This document shows, in pieces, positions 56,796-64,000 of a stretch of DNA of 64,000 bases (its first letter is position 1; the number at the start of each line of letters is the position of its first letter). The notes beneath the pieces are model-generated. The model had not been told where the DNA came from. It did no database searches and worked only from the letters and a program-made list of their open reading frames with translations. The position numbers and the translations under genes are program-made. The stretch is from Patescibacteria group bacterium. Its GTDB lineage: Bacteria; Patescibacteriota; Patescibacteriia; Patescibacteriales; Patescibacteriaceae. The DNA is taken from the NCBI GenBank assembly GCA_030583705.1, contig CP129471.1, positions 50,506 through 114,505 of the forward strand, given 5' to 3'.

Positions 56796-57503
56796 TTACC
56801 TGCCCGTGGATACGGGATTGCGATCCGCAAGACCTGGCTTATTGCCAGGTTTTTGCTTTATGTTAGTTATGTATTTTTTAATATTTTGTGCATTAATAAT
56901 AAGATTAGAAAGAGATTTTAGCTCATGGGTAATATTACCTCCTTTTACTAAAATGATTTTCTTATCTTTACTTTTTAGATATCTCATAAGAGAAGCAAAG
57001 TCTGCGTCACCCGAAAAAAGACATAAAGAGTCATATTGATCCATCTGTCTTATTGAGTCTACCGCTATTTCTACGTCAAAGTTGCATTTTGGCAAGTTAA
57101 TATATATGCCATCTTTATCTGTTTTTGTCTCTCTTGTGTTGGTAATTATTTCCGAATCGTTTAAATGATGCCTAACCCACTGAATAGGCTTTGTAAATAC
57201 CCTTGATTTACCAAAAGTGGCTCTGACTGATTTTATAAAAGCTAAAGAATTTAATCTCTTTGAGTCATGTCCATAGTAAAATCTTACATGATTTGAAAAA
57301 GTATTTATAAATAATTTTAATAATCTAAAATCTATTATTAACTTTTCATTTTCTTTTAAACTTTGGTTACGTGAATTTTGTTTATCTTTTTCAAACCAAT
57401 AATTTACGTTACCAAAGTCTATATAAGTAAAGATTTTTCCATATTCTTCATTTATACCAACATCTTCTCTTATGAACTCTTCTTTTAATTTATCCAATTT
57501 CAT
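56796..57503 (-). CDS. NYN-domain (LabA-like) protein
   Basis: 'YIDFGNVNYW', 'LFSGDADFASLMRYLKSKDKKIILV' match the PIN-like NYN/LabA pattern. Confidence 0.5.
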   Translation of the reverse strand: MKLDKLKEEFIREDVGINEEYGKIFTYIDFGNVNYWFEKDKQNSRNQSLKENEKLIIDFRLLKLFINTFSNHVRFYYGHDSKRLNSLAFIKSVRATFGKSRVFTKPIQWVRHHLNDSEIITNTRETKTDKDGIYINLPKCNFDVEIAVDSIRQMDQYDSLCLFSGDADFASLMRYLKSKDKKIILVKGGNITHELKSLSNLIINAQNIKKYITNIKQKPGNKPGLADRNPVSTGR

Positions 57504-57517
57504 ATTCTTTTCTTAAA

Positions 57518-58756
57518 TTAATAAGGTAGAGGGTAGCGAAGGCAAAGTTCGGAAATCATTTTTTTGCATTCCATTAGCTCGTCCGTATTTTGTGAGTTTT
57601 GCAGGGCCTTAATTATTATCCTTATTACTTCTTCGGTTTCTTTTTCCCTAAAGCCTCTAGTGGTAATAGCCGGTGTACCTAGTCTTATACCAGAAGGGTT
57701 AAGTGGTGGATTAGGATCGTTTGGTACAGTAGAGCGGGAAACCGATATACCGATTTCTTCTAAAATTCTTTCTGCTTCTTTACCTGAAAGATTTTTGTTT
57801 TGTAGGTCAATAACCAAAAGATGATTATCTGTTCCGCCAGAGACTATAGTGTAGTTATTATCCATAAAGATCTTGGCCATAATTTTGGCGTTAGCTATAA
57901 CCTGCTTGGCGTAAGTTTTAAATTCTGGTTGTAGTGCCTCATTAAAAGCTACGGCTTTAGCGGCTGTAACATGATCATGCGGTCCTCCTTGTATACCTGG
58001 GAAGACGGCACGATCTATAGCTTTGGCGTGTTGTTCTTTGCACATAATAATTGCACCTCTTGGTCCTCGTAGAGTCTTATGGGTGGTGGTCATAACAATA
58101 TCAAAAAAAGGTACTGGATTAGAGAGCTCACCAGCGGCGATTAAACCGGCCGGGTGGGAAATATCTGCCATAGTTAGTGCTCCGACTTCATCCGCTATTT
58201 TTTTAAAGCCTTCCCAATCTATTTCTCTTGAATAGGCGCTAAAGCCGGCTACGATCATTGCTGGCTTATTGGCCAAGGCAATCTCTCTTACTTGTTCCAT
58301 GTCAACCAGGCCGTTTTGACCCAGTCTATATTGTACGAAGTTATAAAGCAGGCCGGAAAAGTTAATCGGGTGTCCATGGGATAAATGTCCGCCGTGATCA
58401 AGACGCAAGCCCATTACGGTATCTCCTGGTTTTAACATGGCCAGATAAATTGCCGCGTTGGCTGGGGAGCCAGAAAGAGGTTGGACGTTAACATGCTCTG
58501 CGCCGAAGAGTTTTTTAGCTCTTTCTTGGGCTAGTTTTTCTACTTCATCAATAACACCGTTGCCACCATAGTATCTTTTACCAGGGTAGCCTTCACTGTA
58601 TTTATTAGCCAAAGGCGAGGATAGGGCTTCTAAAACCGCTGGAGAAACATAGTTTTCCGAAGCAATTAGCTCCAATTCGTTATTCTGGCGAACTGTTTCT
58701 TGTGTAATCAGGTTACCTATCTCCTGATCAGAATCTTTTATTGTATTGTGGATCAT
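57518..58756 (-). CDS. glyA: serine hydroxymethyltransferase
   Basis: 'TTHKTLRGPRGA', 'YSEGYPGKRYYGG', 412 aa. Confidence 0.9.
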   Translation of the reverse strand: MIHNTIKDSDQEIGNLITQETVRQNNELELIASENYVSPAVLEALSSPLANKYSEGYPGKRYYGGNGVIDEVEKLAQERAKKLFGAEHVNVQPLSGSPANAAIYLAMLKPGDTVMGLRLDHGGHLSHGHPINFSGLLYNFVQYRLGQNGLVDMEQVREIALANKPAMIVAGFSAYSREIDWEGFKKIADEVGALTMADISHPAGLIAAGELSNPVPFFDIVMTTTHKTLRGPRGAIIMCKEQHAKAIDRAVFPGIQGGPHDHVTAAKAVAFNEALQPEFKTYAKQVIANAKIMAKIFMDNNYTIVSGGTDNHLLVIDLQNKNLSGKEAERILEEIGISVSRSTVPNDPNPPLNPSGIRLGTPAITTRGFREKETEEVIRIIIKALQNSQNTDELMECKKMISELCLRYPLPY

Positions 58757-58824
58757 GGTAGTTTTTTATGCTATAATTAAAGCATACGCCGTTTGGCGCA
58801 ATATAACTATTTAATCATATAATT

Positions 58825-60021
58825 ATGTTAAAAACAAGACTGTTTTTCTTGGCCTCCTTTGCCCTATCTTTGGTTGCCTTGTTTTATCTGGCACCTTCGG
58901 CCGAGGCTGTTTCGTTTCGTTCGGGCGATATTGTAAATATTGATTCCGGACAAACGGTTAGTGAGAGCCTCTACGTGGTTGCTTCAACTTTAACAGTGGA
59001 TGGTAAAGTAGAGGGAGATTTAATCTGTGCTGCAGATTCATTAACGGTTAATGGAGAGGTAACTGGTGATATTATCTGTGTTGGTTCAACCATAGTAATT
59101 AACGGACAAGTTGGAGGCAATCTTCGTTTGTTTGGTTCAACCCTAACACTTGGTGGACAAATTGAGAAAAATACTTCATTAGGAGCTATGATTTTGTCTT
59201 TTACTTCTAATTCAGAAATTAAAGGAGATTTATTATATTGGGCAGCCACTTCAGATTTACGCGGTAAGGTAGGTAGAGATATAGATGGTTACGGTACGGC
59301 AGTAACTGTTGCTGGAGAAGTAGGTCGTAATCTTTATCTTTTTTCGGACAGAGTAAGAGCTAATAAGAAAAACGATAATACTCCTGGTATAACCCTAGAA
59401 AGCGGCGTGGTTGTTGGAGGAAATTTTGGTTATTCATCTGGTGATGAACCGGTTGTTGAAGAAGGAGTTTCAATAGCCGGTGAAACTATCAGGCATGAGT
59501 TTAAAATGGGAAAAGATAAAGCCCCTAACCCAATGGCTTGGGTTTGGTGGAAAGTTTTATCTATTTTCTCAGCTTTGGTGATTGGTTTAGTTTTGGTAAT
59601 TTGGCTAGATAAGCCTTTACGAAAAATTGATAATCTAATGTTTAGTAAATCAAATCCGGCTTTGGGTTGGGGACTATTTGCTTTAATAATTATTCCTCTA
59701 ATTGCCATTGTTCTCTTGTTTACGATTATCGGTATACCCTTGGCTTTGGTTACGGCCGGACTTTGGTTTTTGGCGGTTTACTTGGCTAAAATAATAACCG
59801 CTATAGTAGTTGGGCAAAGGATTATGAAAAAATATTTAGATAAAGCGGAGAATGATAAGAAAAGCTTACCTTTGTTTTGGCCGATGGTTGTCGGTATAGT
59901 GGTCTGCTATCTAATATTCGCAATCCCGGTAATCGGCTGGGCAGCTTCTTTCCTAGCTACAGTTTGGGGATTGGGAGGTATTTGGATGTACGGCAAGAGC
60001 CTAAGAGAGAAACAACCATAA
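58825..60021 (+). CDS. signal-peptide-bearing beta-helical repeat (bactofilin/polymer-forming-like) domain with C-terminal 4-TM anchor
   Basis: N-terminal 'LFFLASFALSLVALFYLAPSAEA'; repeated 'V.G.V.GD.I..G..I...G.VGG' units; C-terminal hydrophobic helices. Confidence 0.45.
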   Translation: MLKTRLFFLASFALSLVALFYLAPSAEAVSFRSGDIVNIDSGQTVSESLYVVASTLTVDGKVEGDLICAADSLTVNGEVTGDIICVGSTIVINGQVGGNLRLFGSTLTLGGQIEKNTSLGAMILSFTSNSEIKGDLLYWAATSDLRGKVGRDIDGYGTAVTVAGEVGRNLYLFSDRVRANKKNDNTPGITLESGVVVGGNFGYSSGDEPVVEEGVSIAGETIRHEFKMGKDKAPNPMAWVWWKVLSIFSALVIGLVLVIWLDKPLRKIDNLMFSKSNPALGWGLFALIIIPLIAIVLLFTIIGIPLALVTAGLWFLAVYLAKIITAIVVGQRIMKKYLDKAENDKKSLPLFWPMVVGIVVCYLIFAIPVIGWAASFLATVWGLGGIWMYGKSLREKQP

Positions 60022-60044
60022 AAGGAAATTAATCTAAAAAGAAA

Positions 60045-60088
60045 ATCTCCTGGTTATAAACTATATAACTAGGAGATTTTTATTTTCT
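60045..60088 (+). terminator. long hairpin terminator (atctcctggttata..tataactaggagat + T5)
   Basis: 14-bp stem with one mismatch, T-run. Confidence 0.45.
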
Positions 60089-60343
60089 TGGTTTTTTATG
60101 CGGTTAAGATTTATATTGATTTATTATATTATATAAACACCTCAGAGCGTTGAGGTGTTTTAGCTCTTAAAAAAATCAGGCACCATCCGTTTTTCAGCGC
60201 ATAGTATTAATGGTATTTTAAAAATAAATTAGGTGCTCTTCTAAAAACAGGATTGTTGTTTTTTGCCTTGATTTTTTACTGTAAATCAACTATACTGTCC
60301 TTACAGATGACCAATGGTCTTATTTTTTATTATATTATAAAAC

Positions 60344-62119
60344 ATGAAAAACATTCGCAATTTTTGTATTATCGCTCATATTGATCACGGCAAGTCCACT
60401 TTGGCGGATCGGATGCTTGAGGTTACCGGTACGGTTGAGGCTCGTAAAATGAAAGAGCAGCTTTTGGATCGTATGGATATTGAACGAGAGCGTGGTATTA
60501 CCATTAAGTTAACGCCGGTTACCATGAATTATAAAGACCATGTTCTTAACCTAATAGATACCCCCGGACACGTTGATTTTACTTATGAGGTTTCTCGTTC
60601 TTTGGCGGCCGTAGAGGGAGCCGTTCTATTAGTTGATGCTTCCCAAGGCATACAAGCCCAAACTTTAGCTAATTTGTATCTGGCTATGGAGCAAGATTTA
60701 ACCATTATTCCCGTACTTAACAAGATAGACTTACCGGCAGCTGATCCCCAACGAGTTAGCGAAGAAGTTATTAAACTTTTGGGTTGTTCAAAAGATGATA
60801 TAATTTTAGCTTCCGGTAAAACCGGACAGGGAGTTGAAGAAATTTTAGAGGCAGTTATTTCCAAGGTTTCTCCGCCCTTGGGTGAAGAAAAAAAACCGAC
60901 CCGTGCTTTAATCTTTGATTCTAATTTCGACGAATATCGCGGCGTGGTTGCTTATTTGCGAGTCGTGGATGGCTGTATTAAAAAAGGCGATAGAATCGCC
61001 TTATTGGCCAGTAAAGCCAAGAGCGAAGCTTTGGATGTTGGAGTTTTTAAACCAGATTATACTTCAACCGGTTCTCTTAAGGCCGGCGAGATCGGTTACC
61101 TTATTACCGGTTTTAAGAGCGTGGAGGAGTGTCGAGTTGGAGACACGGTTTCTTTAATTGGACAGACCGCTGAACCCTTAAAGGGCTATCATGAAGCTAA
61201 ACCCATGGTTTTTGCCGGACTTTTTCCTAAACAAGGAGATGATTTTGGGAAATTACGTGATGGACTGGAAAAACTTAAACTTAATGACGCTGCCTTGCAA
61301 TATGAAACCGAACAATCTCAGGCTTTAGGCTTGGGTTTTCGTTGCGGTTTTTTGGGGCTTTTGCATTTGGAGATAGTCCAAGAAAGATTGAGTAGAGAAT
61401 ATAATCTTGATTTAATTGTTACCGTACCTAGTGTAGCTTATCGGGTAAAGATTAAGAGTGGAGAGATTTTAATTGTTCGTAGCCCGCAAACCTTGCCGGA
61501 ACAAAACGTTCTTGAAGAAATAGAAGAGCCTTGGGTTAAACTGGACGTGGTAACTCCTAAGAGTTATATTGGCGGTATTATGAATTTGGTACAAGAAAGA
61601 AGAGCTGTTTATTTAACTACTGAGTATCTGGACGCTGAAAGAGTGGTACTGCATTACGAAATACCCATGTCCGCTATTTTAACCAATTTTTATGATAAGA
61701 TAAAAAGTATCTCTTCAGGTTATGCTTCTATTAACTATGAGTATTTTACCTATCGTCCGGCTGAGGTGGTTAAAATGGATATTATGGTGGCCGAGGAAAT
61801 TGTTGAATCTTTATCTATTATTGTCTACCGAGACGAGGCCCATAAACGAGGCAAAGAGATAGTTAATGTTTTAAAAGACAGTTTACCTAAGCAGATGTTT
61901 GTTGTTAAACTACAAGCAGCGGTTGGCGGTTCAGTGGTGGCTGGCGAAAGAATTTCGGCTATGCGCAAAGATGTAACAGCTAAATTATATGGTGGAGACG
62001 TTTCTCGTAAGCGAAAGTTACTGGAAAAACAAAAAAGGGGTAAAAAGAAGATGATGGCCTCCGGGCGAGGTAGTGTGGATATTCCATCAGATACTTTTGT
62101 TAAGTTACTTAAGCAATAA
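60344..62119 (+). CDS. lepA: elongation factor 4
   Basis: 'NFCIIAHIDHGKSTLADRML', 'DTPGHVDFTYEVSRSL', 591 aa. Confidence 0.9.
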   Translation: MKNIRNFCIIAHIDHGKSTLADRMLEVTGTVEARKMKEQLLDRMDIERERGITIKLTPVTMNYKDHVLNLIDTPGHVDFTYEVSRSLAAVEGAVLLVDASQGIQAQTLANLYLAMEQDLTIIPVLNKIDLPAADPQRVSEEVIKLLGCSKDDIILASGKTGQGVEEILEAVISKVSPPLGEEKKPTRALIFDSNFDEYRGVVAYLRVVDGCIKKGDRIALLASKAKSEALDVGVFKPDYTSTGSLKAGEIGYLITGFKSVEECRVGDTVSLIGQTAEPLKGYHEAKPMVFAGLFPKQGDDFGKLRDGLEKLKLNDAALQYETEQSQALGLGFRCGFLGLLHLEIVQERLSREYNLDLIVTVPSVAYRVKIKSGEILIVRSPQTLPEQNVLEEIEEPWVKLDVVTPKSYIGGIMNLVQERRAVYLTTEYLDAERVVLHYEIPMSAILTNFYDKIKSISSGYASINYEYFTYRPAEVVKMDIMVAEEIVESLSIIVYRDEAHKRGKEIVNVLKDSLPKQMFVVKLQAAVGGSVVAGERISAMRKDVTAKLYGGDVSRKRKLLEKQKRGKKKMMASGRGSVDIPSDTFVKLLKQ

Positions 62120-62315
62120 GGAGAGTTTTAGAGGGTTGGTAGGCAGGGTGCTTTAATAAAATATCATTCTTTATTTATTAATAATTAAAAGTAAAAAATA
62201 TGAAAAGAAGACAAATAATGAAAATTCTTTGGGGGATCTTGAGTGTAATTATTATTATTTCTATGGTAGCTTGGGGTTTTGTTGGGATAATGTAAAGACT
62301 TTTTAAAAATATTTA

Positions 62316-64000
62316 ATGGCAATACAAAAACAATGGCAATTAGCTGAAGCGGCACCTGAAGAATTTTTTTCTTTATGTCCAGAGTTGTCTCGCGGTTTAG
62401 TTCAGCTTTTATATAATAAGGGATTTAGGAGTCATGAGGAGATTGAGGAATTTCTTTATCCGGAAAAAGTCGCCTTAGCGGACGATCCTTTTTTGTTTCG
62501 TGATATGGCGGTAGCGGTGGCGGTAATTATTAAACACATTAAACAGGGTAGTAAGATAGTGGTTTGCGGAGACTATGACGCTGATGGTGTTACCTCGTCT
62601 GCTCTTTTAGAACAAGTTTTAAAAACCCTTAAGGCTAAAGTTGAGGTTTGGATTCCTAGTCGTTTTGGTGAGGGCTACGGTCTTAACAAGGAAATCGTTA
62701 AAGAGCTAGTTGAAAATAATTTTAGTTTGATCATTACCGTAGATAACGGTATTAAGGCTCGTGAAGAAATAATTTATGCGCAATCTTTGGGTCTTGAAGT
62801 GGTGGTTACTGATCATCATGAGGGTCCTAAAACTAATGAAGAAATGCCCCCTTGTCCGGTAATTGATCCAATCCTTGAACAAGAAACTTATCCATATAAG
62901 TATCTTTGCGGTGTTGGTGTGGCCTTTAAGTTGTCTCAAGCTTTAATTAAAAAGTCCACCTTAAGTGAAGAAGATAAAACAAGGCTTGAAGAAGCTGTTT
63001 TAGACTTAGTAGCGATTGGGACGATTGCGGATTGTGTTAGTTTAACGGGAGAGAACAGGCGTTTGGTTAAAAAAGGTCTTGAGCTACTTAATAAAAAAAC
63101 TCGTTTAGGCTTAAGAGAATTGATTAATATTTCCCAGTTAAGCCTTGGAGAAATTACTGAATGGAATATTTCTTGGCAAATTACACCTCGTTTAAACGCG
63201 GCTGGTAGAATTGATCATGCCACCTCCGCCTATCGTCTTTTAGCCACTCAAGATACTGAGGAAGCCAAAAAGATTGCCCTAGAGCTTAACCAAAGAAATA
63301 CCGAACGCCAAGCCTTAACTGAGTCAATCGTTAAAGCAGCTGCTGCACAATTTGGAGAAAAAACCTATGGAGAAAAACTTTTAGTAGCAATAGCCGATGA
63401 CGTTTTAGGCGAGGGCGAGAGTTGGTCTGAGGGAGTGGTTGGTTTAGCGGCCGGGCGATTAGCTGAAAGATTTAACCGTCCTTGTTTGGTAATTTGCCAA
63501 AGTGAAGGTAATATTAAGGGTTCTGGAAGAAGTATTGAACAGTTTGATATAGTTAATAGTTTGGACTTTGGCAAGCAATATCTTTCAAGGTACGGTGGAC
63601 ATAAGATGGCTTGCGGTTTTACGATTAAAGACAAAGAGAGTGTTAATCCTTTTGTTGAGGCGGTTAAAAAGCACGCTGAAGAGGTTTTGTCTGGAATTAA
63701 TCTGGCTCCAAAGCTTAAACTTGAAGCCGAACTATCCGCCCTTGATCTAAAACCCAATATTATTAAAGAGCTGGATCTTTTAAGGCCATATGGACAAGAC
63801 AATATAGAGCCTAAGTTTCTTTTGTCTAATATGATTGTAGAAGATATTTTAGTGATGGGTAAAGAAAAAAATCACCTTAAGTTTATGGTAGCCGGTCTTT
63901 GGGCAGTAGCTTTTAATCGGGCAACAGATTGGCAAGACATTAAAATCGGTGATAAAATTGATTTAGCGGCCAATTGCGAATTAAATGTTTTTAACGGTCG
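62316..64000 (+). CDS. recJ: single-stranded-DNA-specific exonuclease RecJ (3' end beyond window)
   Basis: Open frame from ATG 62316 to window end; 'IVVCGDYDADGVTSSALL' DHH motif, 'DHH'-family layout. Confidence 0.8.
   Translation, partial: MAIQKQWQLAEAAPEEFFSLCPELSRGLVQLLYNKGFRSHEEIEEFLYPEKVALADDPFLFRDMAVAVAVIIKHIKQGSKIVVCGDYDADGVTSSALLEQVLKTLKAKVEVWIPSRFGEGYGLNKEIVKELVENNFSLIITVDNGIKAREEIIYAQSLGLEVVVTDHHEGPKTNEEMPPCPVIDPILEQETYPYKYLCGVGVAFKLSQALIKKSTLSEEDKTRLEEAVLDLVAIGTIADCVSLTGENRRLVKKGLELLNKKTRLGLRELINISQLSLGEITEWNISWQITPRLNAAGRIDHATSAYRLLATQDTEEAKKIALELNQRNTERQALTESIVKAAAAQFGEKTYGEKLLVAIADDVLGEGESWSEGVVGLAAGRLAERFNRPCLVICQSEGNIKGSGRSIEQFDIVNSLDFGKQYLSRYGGHKMACGFTIKDKESVNPFVEAVKKHAEEVLSGINLAPKLKLEAELSALDLKPNIIKELDLLRPYGQDNIEPKFLLSNMIVEDILVMGKEKNHLKFMVAGLWAVAFNRATDWQDIKIGDKIDLAANCELNVFNG

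Noticed and set aside
62190-62295. 31-aa hydrophobic mini-ORF (MKRRQIMKILWGILSVIIIISMVAWGFVGIM) between lepA and recJ
   Set aside because: Plausible small membrane peptide but too short to support without conservation or ribosome-profiling evidence

Overview
This 64-kb window looks like a low-GC chromosomal segment from a Candidate Phyla Radiation (Patescibacteria-like) bacterium. Three things point that way: introns with LAGLIDADG homing endonucleases in both 16S and 23S rRNA, a split rRNA locus, and several type IV pilin genes. The rRNA is unlinked: 23S(+2 introns)-5S lies at ~16.5-20.9 kb, and 16S(+2 introns) followed by five tRNAs at ~45.7-49.7 kb, each with its own upstream promoter-like sequence. 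Housekeeping genes I could identify are pyrD, mgtE, ftsK, typA, uppP, yebC, ruvC, an SMC-like gene, recQ, folD, glyA, lepA, recJ, rpsT, rpsP, holA and a flotillin gene. The most interesting locus is at 7.3-10.2 kb. It is a compact three-gene flavinylation module: a membrane-anchored RnfG/NqrC-like FMN-binding domain protein, the flavin transferase ApbE, and a single polypeptide fusing an RnfD/NqrB-like membrane domain (FNPA motif plus a TEPLTTP flavinylation-like motif) to a ferredoxin-NADP-reductase-like FAD/NAD(P)H domain. I read this as a minimal, single-operon Nqr/Rnf-like transmembrane (possibly extracytosolic) electron-transfer system. Flanking it are two paralogous secreted proteins that fuse a type IV prepilin N-terminus to a Cys-rich 'Fibrobacter succinogenes major paralogous' domain. 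Other notable items: a minus-strand operon combining an EndoQ-like PHP nuclease, a SET-domain methyltransferase, dUTPase, a P-loop kinase and a NUDIX hydrolase; a ~1000-aa surface protein with four lamin-tail domains and a PKD domain; two families of repeated intergenic hairpins, one of which flanks a 2.3-kb three-gene segment; and a shared palindromic promoter motif upstream of two operons. I found no CRISPR array, transposase or phage genes. All calls come from reading the sequence and motifs by eye; no searches or computations were run.
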